The position numbers and the translations under genes are program-made. This document shows, piece after piece, positions 9,138 through 18,385 of a DNA stretch of 64,000 bases (position 1 is its first letter; every line of letters begins with the position of its first letter). The stretch lies in IMG/VR virus record IMGVR_UViG_3300027708_000048. One strand, written 5' to 3'. The DNA comes from an uncultured virus (IMG/VR IMGVR_UViG_3300027708_000048) (taxonomy: Duplodnaviria > Heunggongvirae > Uroviricota > Caudoviricetes). The notes beneath the pieces are model-generated. The model had not been told where the DNA came from, made no database searches, and was given only the letters and a program-made list of their open reading frames with translations.

Positions 9138-9427
9138 ACTTTAAAAGAATAGGATATGTTAAAATCAACGAGCGAAGGTGGGAATACGGATGGGGCAACT
9201 GCAAGGATGCCCTTGGATTGTGCGATTATGAGAACCGAAGGATTGTTATATCACGCAAAGGTGGATGCGATCTCGTCGATGTTGTATCGCACGAAGCCCT
9301 CCATGCCAGATTTCCAGACCTTAAAGAAGAGGCTGTTAATGAGCTTGGAACTATCGTGGGAGATATTTATCGCAATCTTATTTATTCTGTCGCACCCGGT
9401 GCTAAACCAATCAAAGCCAGTGCTTGA
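9134..9427 (+). CDS. small HExxH (zincin-like) protein
   Basis: GLCDY..I.I..HEALH (HEAAH in copy 2). Confidence 0.7.
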   Translation: MNFKRIGYVKINERRWEYGWGNCKDALGLCDYENRRIVISRKGGCDLVDVVSHEALHARFPDLKEEAVNELGTIVGDIYRNLIYSVAPGAKPIKASA

Positions 9428-9447
9428 CGACGAAGAGGAGGAAGAGG

Positions 9448-9645
9448 ATGCCATTTACAAATAAAAACGCCGCAGATTACTTTGACGAGTGGATGAACAC
9501 TATTGGTGTTCGCACATACTCAAAGAATCATGGAAGTGCAGAAGGCCATAGGGAATACCTAGCGGCGGCATATCTCTCTGGATTTAGACAAGCAGAAGCG
9601 TTATACGGAAGACTTAACGATGAGACAGAAACTCATAAAGATTAG
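9448..9645 (+). CDS. hypothetical protein
   Basis: Conserved in copy 2; purine-rich upstream sequence. Confidence 0.65.
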   Translation: MPFTNKNAADYFDEWMNTIGVRTYSKNHGSAEGHREYLAAAYLSGFRQAEALYGRLNDETETHKD

Positions 9646-10279
9646 CGAAGTCCCGCCGGGGTTCTTCCGATACACTTGCCCAGAGACTGGGTTTAAGATT
9701 GATCGTGAGCATACCATGAGCGGATTGCTTGGCAGGGTTAAGTCGCATTACGAGGACAACAATATTCCACTCCCTCCAGATTGGAAGGAATCCGTAGAGG
9801 ATCAGTTATGCCGCCAGCTTCCCGCTGGTTGGTGCAAATACGAGGATGGCAAGGAGCCAGCAGGGGCTAAATCAATTGTGTCAGCCGAGGGCATTATTAA
9901 GGGCATCACCTCTTTAGCTACTATGGCTATAGACAAGATGAAGGGGAAGGATGTCTTTGTTCCACAGGAGGAGGCTAACAGAAGGGCTGAAATCTGTGCT
10001 AGATGTTATAATAACATGACAACTAACTTCTGTGCAGGATGTGGTGCTATGCAACAGATAACATCCTTGGTAGCAAAGGTTAAGGGAGGTCGCTCAACTC
10101 CTTTAGATAGTAGCCTATTGACTTGTGGGCTATGCGGTTGTAGAAATGAAGCAATTGTCCATGTTGACAAAAAAGTGTTGCTTTCTGGTGAGAAACCAGA
10201 GACAACGGAGGCTCGACCAGACTGGTGCTGGTTAAAAAACGACGACCTAAACCAAGCATCGGCATCACTTAAAATATGA
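9620..10279 (+). CDS. Cys-rich, probable Zn-binding protein
   Basis: CARC, CAGC, CGLCGC, WCW; coupled to portal. Confidence 0.75.
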   Translation: MRQKLIKISEVPPGFFRYTCPETGFKIDREHTMSGLLGRVKSHYEDNNIPLPPDWKESVEDQLCRQLPAGWCKYEDGKEPAGAKSIVSAEGIIKGITSLATMAIDKMKGKDVFVPQEEANRRAEICARCYNNMTTNFCAGCGAMQQITSLVAKVKGGRSTPLDSSLLTCGLCGCRNEAIVHVDKKVLLSGEKPETTEARPDWCWLKNDDLNQASASLKI

Positions 10280-12501
10280 TTCAATATGGCCTAAAAGATC
10301 CCAAGGTGGGCGAAAAACCTCCCCGCACAAGGGTTGAGGACGCTGGATCGGCTAGGTCAATGCTTTATGAACTGATCAATGATGATCAGATTGCCTCTTA
10401 TCGCCGTTCCCAGATCCAAGGGATTATTGATGGAAACCCCCCATACAACGAGCAACAGCTTCGTGAGATGGGACAAGCTGATCGGATTAATGTAAATTGG
10501 GGTCATGCGGAGGCCAAGGTGGAAGCCGCAGTGATCCCTTATTTTGACATCCTAACCTCTGTAGGGAGCTATGCCACAGTTAAGACAAAGTATGGTAAAG
10601 ACATGGGGAAGCGTGAGGAATGGAGCAGGATCATCACAGAAGAGTTCCACAGGCTCCTGTCATCTTCTAATCCCAACTTCCTGGCCCAGCATCAAGTTTG
10701 CCATAAGGAGCTTGTCATTCATGGACAGGCTTGTATGTATTTTCCAGACGGAACCGACTGGAGGGCTAAAGCCATTGAGCCTTATGCTCTTGTTGTGCCC
10801 AAAGGCTCCAAGGTGGATTGGGATAACTGGGAGTTCTGCTATATCCTAGACGAGCTTTATTGCGAACAACTCTACTCTTACATTGAGGATGAGGAAGCCG
10901 CCCAAAGGGGAGGATGGGATGTTGAGCAGTGCCAAGAGGCCATCATGCAAGCTCGTGTGGACGAACAGGATCAACGCCGTCCTTGGGAGTGGTATCAGAG
11001 GGAGCTAAAGAACAATGCCCTCTATTATTCTTATGCCAAGAGCAAGATTATCAAAGTAGCTCATTTTTATGTGAAAGAGTACGATGGTCGCATCTCTCAC
11101 TACATCTTTGATCGTCTTAACTCAACGGAGTTCCTTTGCCAAAAAATTGGGCGTTATGACAAGTTCAGCAATGCCTTCACTGTCTTCCTAAACGGAGTTG
11201 GCAACGGCTTCTATCATGGAGTTAGGGGATTGGGCCAGAAGGTTTATAAATACGCCGAGGCCATGAACAGAGTGAACAATGCTCTCATGGAGGGAGTAAT
11301 CATTGGGTCATGCGTGATGTTCCAGCCTAACTCTGCCGCTGATGCGGAGAAGCTAAAGACTGTCCAGATTGGGCCTTATCGCATTCTTCCACCCGGTCTT
11401 AACCTTACTCAAGCGAATGTGTCTAGCAACTTGTCTGCCGCTATGCAGACTGCCCAGTTCTTCCAAGGGCAGGAGAGTGATGACATTGGGAGCTTCATGC
11501 CATCCGTTAGTGGTGGAGGACGCAAGAAGAGCAACAAGGAAGTCGAGATGGAGATTGGCGAGAAAAGCCGCCTCACCAACACTCGTGCAGAAATCTACCT
11601 ACAGGCTCTAGATGTTCATTATGCAGAGGTTTATCGCAGGGCCGCCAACCCAAATCTGATTGAAGAGGATCATGGTGGCAGGGAAGCACTACGATTCCAA
11701 GAGGCTTGTATGGACAGGGGCGTTCCTGCCGCCGCCATGCTTGACATTGACACAGTTAGGGCAACTCGTTCTATTGGGCAGGGAAGCTCTGCCGCTCGGA
11801 TGCAAGCTATGGAGCTTATCGGTCAATACCTCCCTCAACTCCCAGAGTCCAATCGGAAACGAGTTATTAATGCCAATATAGCGGCAATTGCGGGACAAAC
11901 TGGGGTTGAGACTTTCGGTATCCCAGAAGAGGTTAAGCCAGACGGCAACGATCTTTCTATTGCTTCTCTAGAAAACAATGCTCTTCAGCAGGGTGGACAA
12001 GTGCTTATTGATCCAGATCAAAACCACTATACCCATCTTACTGTCCATATGCAGTTTGCTGGCAGTCTCGTGCAAGCAGTTCAACAACAACAAGTTGACC
12101 CTCGCCAAGTTAGCGGTGCTATGCAGGCCGCTATTCCGCATATGCTATCTCACCTCCAGTTCTTACAGGAAGATCCTACGAGGCAGGAACAGCATGATGC
12201 CATGAATGAGCAGTTGAGCGAGTTGATGAAGATTGCCGACCAGCTTAACAAGTATGCACAGCAAATTGATGAGCAGGAACAGGCTCAAATGGCACAGCAA
12301 CAACAGGGTCAACAGCAAGATCCAAAGGCTATGGTTGCCATGAACAAGATTGAGCTTGATAGGATGAAAGCCCAAAACGATTTGCAAATTAAATCAGCAA
12401 AAGCTCAACACATGATGCAGTTGAGCGATAAAAAAACTGCTCAAAAATTGATGATCGAAAGGGTTAAGGTGGCCCAAAAATACGGAGCGATCCAACCATA
12501 A
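10276..12501 (+). CDS. portal protein (P22-like size, Gln-rich C-terminal coil)
   Basis: 741 aa, helical, Q-rich C-terminus, upstream of scaffold/TerL; positional and compositional call. Confidence 0.7.
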   Translation: MIQYGLKDPKVGEKPPRTRVEDAGSARSMLYELINDDQIASYRRSQIQGIIDGNPPYNEQQLREMGQADRINVNWGHAEAKVEAAVIPYFDILTSVGSYATVKTKYGKDMGKREEWSRIITEEFHRLLSSSNPNFLAQHQVCHKELVIHGQACMYFPDGTDWRAKAIEPYALVVPKGSKVDWDNWEFCYILDELYCEQLYSYIEDEEAAQRGGWDVEQCQEAIMQARVDEQDQRRPWEWYQRELKNNALYYSYAKSKIIKVAHFYVKEYDGRISHYIFDRLNSTEFLCQKIGRYDKFSNAFTVFLNGVGNGFYHGVRGLGQKVYKYAEAMNRVNNALMEGVIIGSCVMFQPNSAADAEKLKTVQIGPYRILPPGLNLTQANVSSNLSAAMQTAQFFQGQESDDIGSFMPSVSGGGRKKSNKEVEMEIGEKSRLTNTRAEIYLQALDVHYAEVYRRAANPNLIEEDHGGREALRFQEACMDRGVPAAAMLDIDTVRATRSIGQGSSAARMQAMELIGQYLPQLPESNRKRVINANIAAIAGQTGVETFGIPEEVKPDGNDLSIASLENNALQQGGQVLIDPDQNHYTHLTVHMQFAGSLVQAVQQQQVDPRQVSGAMQAAIPHMLSHLQFLQEDPTRQEQHDAMNEQLSELMKIADQLNKYAQQIDEQEQAQMAQQQQGQQQDPKAMVAMNKIELDRMKAQNDLQIKSAKAQHMMQLSDKKTAQKLMIERVKVAQKYGAIQP

Positions 12502-12507
12502 ACAAAG

Positions 12508-12654
12508 ATGAAAGACGGACTATACGCAAACATCCACGCAAAGAGAGAGAGAATCAAAAAAGGTTCTGGTGAACGCATGAAGAAGGCTGGCGAGAAGGGT
12601 CGCCCTACTGCCAAGGCATTTAAGGAGTCTGCCAAAACAGCAAAGAAGAAATAA
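12508..12654 (+). CDS. small basic protein (48 aa, not in ORF track)
   Basis: MKDGLYANIHAKRERIKKGSGERMKKAGEKGRPTAKAFKESAKTAKKK; absent from copy 2. Confidence 0.7.
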   Translation: MKDGLYANIHAKRERIKKGSGERMKKAGEKGRPTAKAFKESAKTAKKK

Positions 12655-12655
12655 T

Positions 12656-12916
12656 ATGAGCGAAGCATGGCAAAGAAAGGAAGGAAAGTCCGCAAAGGGA
12701 GGATTGAACGCCAAAGGCAGAGCCTCCTATAACAAGGCTCATGGAGGCAACCTTAAAGCCCCTGCACCGCACCCTAAAACAGAAAAGGATGCCGCAAGGA
12801 AAAAATCATTCTGTGCTAGAATGAAAGGGATGAAGAGCAAGTTGACCAGTGAGGCAACAAAGCGAGATCCCGATAGCAGGATCAACAAGTCCCTCCGGGC
12901 TTGGAATTGTCGGTAA
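12656..12916 (+). CDS. small basic phage protein (DUF6321-like)
   Basis: AWQRKEGK..GGLNAKGRASY..RKKSFCARM..SRINKSLRAWNC. Confidence 0.75.
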   Translation: MSEAWQRKEGKSAKGGLNAKGRASYNKAHGGNLKAPAPHPKTEKDAARKKSFCARMKGMKSKLTSEATKRDPDSRINKSLRAWNCR

Positions 12917-12939
12917 ACCTAAAACAAAACTGAAATACA

Positions 12940-13125
12940 ATGGAAACGAACCCCTTCGATGCGGGGAAGGCAGAGGCAACGGAAGTGATCGTAGCATTAA
13001 TCTATGATCGCTACCTTTATCACAGAACATTCCACGGAATTGATTCTGAACTGGCACTAGCACATAAGCTACTAATTCAAACAATAAGAGACGAGCAAGC
13101 AAAGGAAATGGGATTCAATGAGTAG
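12940..13125 (+). CDS. hypothetical protein
   Basis: Divergent homolog at 57811..58002. Confidence 0.6.
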   Translation: METNPFDAGKAEATEVIVALIYDRYLYHRTFHGIDSELALAHKLLIQTIRDEQAKEMGFNE

Positions 13126-14407
13126 ATCAAAGTGCCTAGTAATTGATCACGGAATTTTCACCAGCTTCGCAAAGAGGCTGGGAGAGATGCACGAGGTATA
13201 TTACTTCGTTCCATACGCAGATCGCTCGTTCCCAAAGCATGGCCCTGCTATGGTTGGGGATGGCATTGAAGGCGTGGAGCGGGTTGAGGATATGTGGAGG
13301 CTTGTGGATGAAGTTGACTTCATTGTGTTCCCAGATGTGGGATTCTACCAGTTACAGGAATGGCTACGCTCAAGAGGCTACAAGGTCTGGGGGGCTGGGC
13401 TAGGAGAGAAGCTGGAAGTCCAGAGGTGGAGGGCCAAGGAAACCATGAAGTCCTTGGGGCTTCCTGTGGGCAAGTGCGAGCTTGTCACTGGCATGAGCAA
13501 CCTCCGATCCTATCTTGAGGAAAATGAGGAGGTCTATGTGAAGATCAGTGGCTTCCGTGGACTAGCGGAAACCTTCCATTCCAAGAACTGGAAGACAGCA
13601 GAGCCTCGCATGAATGAGCTTTGGGATCACCTTGGCGGTGCTTGTGAAGTGTTTCCTTTTGTCGTAGAGCATAAGATTGATAGCGTTGTAGAGGCTGGAT
13701 ATGACGGCTTCTGCATTGATGGAAAGTTCCCATCCACTTGCCTCGCTGGTGTGGAGATTAAAGACAAGGGATACCTTGGTTGTATTCGTGATTATTCCAA
13801 GCTGGCAGAGCCAGTGAGAATGGTTAATGAGAAGTTGGCTCCATTCCTAGCTGAAGCTGAATATCGCCAGTGGTTTTCTACAGAGGTTAGGGTTACGGAA
13901 GATGGAACCCCTTATCTGATTGACCTTACTACACGATGCCCTGCCCCTCCATCTGCCCTGTATTGGGAGATGATTGAGAATGTTTGCGACATTGTAGAGG
14001 GCGGTGCTTATGGCGATTTGGTTGAGCCAGAGTGGAGGCATAAGTATGGGGCGTTAGCTATCATCACTTCTGACTTTGCCGCAGAACGCTGGTGCCCGGT
14101 GAATGTTCAGCCGGGGGCTGAACAATGGATTAAGTGGCGTAACTACGCAAACATTGAAGGGCAGGGCTATATCATCCCCACAGATGGAGTTAAAATGATT
14201 GAGATTGGGGATTGCATCGGCGTGGGGGATACAATGGAAGAAGCAATTAATGCTTGCAAGGAACACGCAGAATCTGTAGATGGATTTAATGTTGTGGTTA
14301 ATACGGACTCTCTTATTGATGGTCTTGATGAAATCACTAAAGCTGAAGAACATGGGATAATCTTCAGTGATGAAAAACTCCCAAAGAAAAAAGACTTAAT
14401 TAAATGA
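13118..14407 (+). CDS. ATP-grasp ligase, PurD/GARS-like
   Basis: VWG..LEVQRWRAKETMKSLGLP, YVK, FVVEHKI, YRQWFSTE, LIDLTTRCPAP parallel PurD motifs (LExSK.FAK..GIP, VVK, EE, IEFNxRFGDP). Confidence 0.75.
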   Translation: MSRSKCLVIDHGIFTSFAKRLGEMHEVYYFVPYADRSFPKHGPAMVGDGIEGVERVEDMWRLVDEVDFIVFPDVGFYQLQEWLRSRGYKVWGAGLGEKLEVQRWRAKETMKSLGLPVGKCELVTGMSNLRSYLEENEEVYVKISGFRGLAETFHSKNWKTAEPRMNELWDHLGGACEVFPFVVEHKIDSVVEAGYDGFCIDGKFPSTCLAGVEIKDKGYLGCIRDYSKLAEPVRMVNEKLAPFLAEAEYRQWFSTEVRVTEDGTPYLIDLTTRCPAPPSALYWEMIENVCDIVEGGAYGDLVEPEWRHKYGALAIITSDFAAERWCPVNVQPGAEQWIKWRNYANIEGQGYIIPTDGVKMIEIGDCIGVGDTMEEAINACKEHAESVDGFNVVVNTDSLIDGLDEITKAEEHGIIFSDEKLPKKKDLIK

Positions 14408-14682
14408 CATACGAACAGTGGAGGCAGGATGTAAGTCTTGCCTCGCAGTTAAAGGAGGCACTTGCCATGCCTATCATCCAGAAGGCTTTGTCTGTAGTGG
14501 ACTCACTCACAGCCGCTAAAGCCCTTGGAAACACTAACGCTATCTTGCAAGTGGCATCCAATAGCCATGTGCTGTTTGGTTATGATGCTGGAAGAGCAGG
14601 GATTATTGCAGACCTCCACAACCTTGCCGTTGTCCCAGAAGAAGTGAATGAAATCCCGCCCTCCTATATTGGAGAGTTTTAA
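14404..14682 (+). CDS. hypothetical head-module protein
   Basis: Conserved in copy 2. Confidence 0.7.
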   Translation: MTYEQWRQDVSLASQLKEALAMPIIQKALSVVDSLTAAKALGNTNAILQVASNSHVLFGYDAGRAGIIADLHNLAVVPEEVNEIPPSYIGEF

Positions 14683-14683
14683 C

Positions 14684-14920
14684 ATGATAAACAATTTAGA
14701 ATCAATTCAAGGATGTATTCCCAAGAGTTGGGATGATGTGCTAGACACAAAGATTGAAAAAGAAATTCCACTAATAGCAAGTCAATTTACCCCTCAAGAT
14801 GTTATGTGGAAAACAATTCCAATTGAATCATGTGTTTATAAACAAAACAACATCAGCAAATCAAGTATGGCTTATTTTCTTAATAATTACCAAATCGAAA
14901 CAATCATTACTTGCGAATAA
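14684..14920 (+). CDS. hypothetical AT-rich accessory gene
   Basis: Fills the gap exactly; absent from copy 2. Confidence 0.55.
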   Translation: MINNLESIQGCIPKSWDDVLDTKIEKEIPLIASQFTPQDVMWKTIPIESCVYKQNNISKSSMAYFLNNYQIETIITCE

Positions 14921-14923
14921 TTT

Positions 14924-16117
14924 ATGTCAGACCACACCCTAAATACAACTGCACCCGCAGAAGCCAACATCGGAAACACGCCACCCCCGGTGGACGAAAG
15001 CTGGGAGAGTCAAATCTCCCGCCAACTAAAGAGCAAGCCCAAGATTGAGCGAACCAACCTCAAGAGCTTGGAGAACCTTCCAGACATTGCTATCCCTGTT
15101 CCAGAAGGCATGGACGAGGTTTCCACGCAGGAGAGCGAAGACTTCCTAAAGCAGATGGAGGGAGGCTCCACGGAGAAGTCCGAATCCAAGAAGGAGGTTA
15201 AGGCCGAGGAGACAAAGCCAGAGAACAGCTTCGACATCTCTGACATTGATCTGTCCAAAGACCCAGAGCCTGTTGCCGAGAAGAAGAAGAAGTCCAAGGA
15301 GGACAACATCGCCGAGCTTCGCAAAAAAGCGGAGAGCTACGAGGAAACACTTAAATCCAAAGATACGGAAGTCCAGACCTATCGGGAGAAGCTAGAGAAA
15401 CTGGAAGCGGAACTGGAACGCACCGCATTTGAGCGTTCCCCTAAATTCAAGGAAAAATATGAAGCACCATACAAAGCAAGCATTGAACAAGCGGCGGCAT
15501 TCGCCCAAGAAATCGCAGACGATCCAAGCATCGCAGAGAAAGCCCTCTCTCTCAAAGGCAAAGAGAGAATTGAGTTCATCGACGAGAGCTTCGGCGGTGG
15601 AGCGGCTTCGGCCCAGTTCCTTCAGCTTGTCAACGATGCTGACAATAAGCGGGGAAGTCTGGAAGGAGCTTTATCAGACTATCGCAATACTGCCGTTGAA
15701 ATTCAAGAAGCAGAAGTCCAGTCACAAGCCCAAACAGCGGAAACGATAAACAAGAACTTTGACCGCATGAAGGCTCACCTTGCCAACAAGAGTGAGTTTT
15801 TCCGTGAGGTGGAAGGGGACGATGACCACAACAAGGCAGTGAGTGCTAGGGTGGAGGCCGCAAGAGCAATCATCCACGGCAACGCCAGTCAGAATGAAAT
15901 GGTGGTTGCTCCCTTCCTTGCAGTGATTGCAAAAGAGGCAGTTGCAGAGAACGAGAAGCTGAAGGCAGAGCTTGCCAAATACAAGAGCAGGGCGGCGGCT
16001 GATGCCGCAGTCCAGCCTCGTATTACAAAGGGAAGCTCATCTGACGAGGAGGGAGAAAGCAGAGGAAAGCCAAAATCTGCACTTGACTCCATTAGGTCAC
16101 AACTGCGAAGCTACTAA
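14924..16117 (+). CDS. putative capsid scaffolding protein
   Basis: 397 aa, acidic, disordered N-terminus, long coiled coils. Confidence 0.6.
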   Translation: MSDHTLNTTAPAEANIGNTPPPVDESWESQISRQLKSKPKIERTNLKSLENLPDIAIPVPEGMDEVSTQESEDFLKQMEGGSTEKSESKKEVKAEETKPENSFDISDIDLSKDPEPVAEKKKKSKEDNIAELRKKAESYEETLKSKDTEVQTYREKLEKLEAELERTAFERSPKFKEKYEAPYKASIEQAAAFAQEIADDPSIAEKALSLKGKERIEFIDESFGGGAASAQFLQLVNDADNKRGSLEGALSDYRNTAVEIQEAEVQSQAQTAETINKNFDRMKAHLANKSEFFREVEGDDDHNKAVSARVEAARAIIHGNASQNEMVVAPFLAVIAKEAVAENEKLKAELAKYKSRAAADAAVQPRITKGSSSDEEGESRGKPKSALDSIRSQLRSY

Positions 16118-16135
16118 TTCAGCGTGGGAAAAACG

Positions 16136-16183
16136 GAAGCCCCTCTCTACCGCAAGTGCGACTAGGGAGGGGTTTCTTATTTT
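16136..16183 (+). terminator. terminator/attenuator hairpin before TerL
   Basis: GAAGCCCCTCTCT..AGGGAGGGGTTTC then TTATTTT; compensatory change in copy 2. Confidence 0.7.
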
Positions 16184-17875
16184 ATGAAACTACAGACATA
16201 CGGAATTGATCCTGTCCACTTGGGCAGTAAGGCAACACAGCTAGAAGTTGAGTTGATCATGGCTGGCAACCCAACCCCAGAGAAGTATGGTGGGCATAGC
16301 AGAGGTCAGCACATGAAACACATCATCCAAATGTTGTGGCCTTGGGCATATAAGGGCTGGAACGATTGGAGTGAGATGTGTTTATGGGCGTGGACAAACT
16401 ATGATGAGATCGGGACTACAGGATGTGCGGCGGCTGGAAAGACCTTCACTTTCACAATGCTCTCGCTCGTGGAGTTTTTAGCGAAGCCTATGGCTACACG
16501 CTTGGCCCTCACTTCAACAACAGTTCCCTCCCTGCGAGGCCGTATCTGGGCTGAAGTGATGAACTTTATGACCCCGGTGGTTCCTCTGTTTGGTTTGAAT
16601 GTTGTGGATTCCGCAACCAAGATTCAGTTCAAGAAGGGGGATGATCGTAATGCTGTGGTGGCTTTGGCAGTAGATTCTGGAAGCGTGGAACAGGCAGTGG
16701 GTAAGTTGCAGGGAGTCCATACTGACCGCATGGTGATCATTGTGGACGAAGCGGCACAGACTCAACCAGCTATCTTCAGTGCTAGGGCCAACCTCCAAGT
16801 GGGAACGCAACTCTACAAGTTTGTAGCAATTGCCAACGCCTCTAGCCAGTTTGATGCTCATGGTCAGTTCTGCCAACCCAAGGGGGGGTGGTCAACAATC
16901 TCCGTTAATGACGAGCATTGGGAGACTCGCACTGGAATCTGCTTGCATTTCGATGGACTCAAAAGCCCAAACATCAAGGCAGGGAAAACCATATTCCCCA
17001 AGCTGTTCGCCCAAGAAAACATTGACACCATACGCAAGAATCATGGCGAGAACTCGCTAGAATGGCACAGCTATGTCCGGGGCTTCTGGCCTCCATCTGG
17101 AGTGAGAAACACGATTCTAGATGCCGCCACGATACAGGACGGCAAGGCTATGGAGAAGGTGGTGTGGCGGGGCGGGGGAATTAAGACGATTGCTGGCCTT
17201 GACCCTGCGTTCACGAGTGGTGGTGATGATTGTATGCTCCGTATTGCCAAGATCGGAATTGCAATGGATGGAGAACAAACGCTCTTGTCCACGGAGAAGA
17301 TCAAGATCCACTTGGAGGATTCCATCTCCAACCCACTGTTCTACCAAGTGGCTGACAAGACGATTGAGCAACTGATCAAACACGGAGTTGAGCCAGATGG
17401 GTTTGGGCTAGACTCCACTGGTGCAGGGGCTGGCATAGCAGACATCATTGCTCAACGATGGAAGACAGGGTTTCACCGCATCAGCTTTGCTGGTTCAGCT
17501 ACGGACAATGCCGTGAGCGTTGAGGATGATAGACCAGCCAACAAGGTTTATGGGAATAGGGTGAGCCAGCTATGGGGGAATGTTGCTAGGCTTGTCCAAT
17601 CTGGACGCATAAGGGGCATGGATGACGAGACTTGCCAGCAGTTCTGCACGAGGCTCTACAGCTTAAAGAGCGAGAGGATAGTCGTGGAATCAAAGATGGA
17701 TATGAAGAGACGCACCAATGGGCAATCCCCAGATGCGGCTGACGCATTCTCCATCATGTGTCAAGTCTATATCAACCAAGTTGGGTTTGGAAATGCCACG
17801 GCAAACGAGGGGCAAAATAATTCATCTTGGGAAGAATTTGTGTTGGACAACGAAGCAGAATCTGACTATCGGTAG
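16184..17875 (+). CDS. terL: terminase large subunit, allele A
   Basis: Walker A GCAAAGKT, Walker B IIVDEA, nuclease GLDPAF and SPDAADA. Confidence 0.9.
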   Translation: MKLQTYGIDPVHLGSKATQLEVELIMAGNPTPEKYGGHSRGQHMKHIIQMLWPWAYKGWNDWSEMCLWAWTNYDEIGTTGCAAAGKTFTFTMLSLVEFLAKPMATRLALTSTTVPSLRGRIWAEVMNFMTPVVPLFGLNVVDSATKIQFKKGDDRNAVVALAVDSGSVEQAVGKLQGVHTDRMVIIVDEAAQTQPAIFSARANLQVGTQLYKFVAIANASSQFDAHGQFCQPKGGWSTISVNDEHWETRTGICLHFDGLKSPNIKAGKTIFPKLFAQENIDTIRKNHGENSLEWHSYVRGFWPPSGVRNTILDAATIQDGKAMEKVVWRGGGIKTIAGLDPAFTSGGDDCMLRIAKIGIAMDGEQTLLSTEKIKIHLEDSISNPLFYQVADKTIEQLIKHGVEPDGFGLDSTGAGAGIADIIAQRWKTGFHRISFAGSATDNAVSVEDDRPANKVYGNRVSQLWGNVARLVQSGRIRGMDDETCQQFCTRLYSLKSERIVVESKMDMKRRTNGQSPDAADAFSIMCQVYINQVGFGNATANEGQNNSSWEEFVLDNEAESDYR

Positions 17876-17906
17876 TGGCACTGGCTACAACCAGCCAGCC
17901 CACAAG

Positions 17907-18185
17907 ATGAAAATCATACACAACGGAAACGAATGCGAGGTCGTATTCACCAAGTATGCAGACGGCAACACAGCCATCCGCTTAACGCAGGATGGTATGC
18001 CATACGCAACAGCAACTATAAATGATCCAGACGCTGATCTTCTGGAAAATGAAGTCATCATAAAGAACTATAGCGAAAATGAAGGCATACTTGAGGCACT
18101 TGAGGAAGCCGGGATCGTTCAGTCTCTTTACCCATTGAGCTACGGATTCACTACGGCAATTGTTTGCAAGGTTCTAAAAAAATGA
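17907..18185 (+). CDS. hypothetical (DUF4313-like)
   Basis: YADGNTAIRL..GMPYATATIN..IKNYSENEG; absent from copy 2. Confidence 0.6.
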   Translation: MKIIHNGNECEVVFTKYADGNTAIRLTQDGMPYATATINDPDADLLENEVIIKNYSENEGILEALEEAGIVQSLYPLSYGFTTAIVCKVLKK

Positions 18186-18385
18186 AAACAGACTATACTT
18201 GTAAAAACGAGGAGTGCGAACACGAGTTTGAGGTGGATTTTACTCCAGCCACTCCAGACCGATTCATGTCAGGAAGGTTTGAAGACGCAGAACAGGGGTC
18301 GGGAGCAGAGGTTTGTCCTTGCGAGTGCCCAAACTGCGGAGAGGAAGTTGATGTTGAAGAAGTTGAAGATTCAATGGAGGATTAA
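18182..18385 (+). CDS. small acidic zinc-ribbon protein
   Basis: CKNEEC and CPNCG; absent from copy 2. Confidence 0.6.
   Translation: MKTDYTCKNEECEHEFEVDFTPATPDRFMSGRFEDAEQGSGAEVCPCECPNCGEEVDVEEVEDSMED

Noticed and set aside
9339..9464. Overlapping ORF MSLELSWEIFIAILFIL..DDEEEEEDAIYK open in both copies
   Set aside because: Differences inside the overlap are synonymous in the HExxH frame and non-synonymous in this frame; not fully excluded
13118..14407. Calling the gene purD or a Z-base (PurZ) pathway gene
   Set aside because: PurD substrate motifs are absent; PurZ is PurA-like and no such gene or polymerase is present
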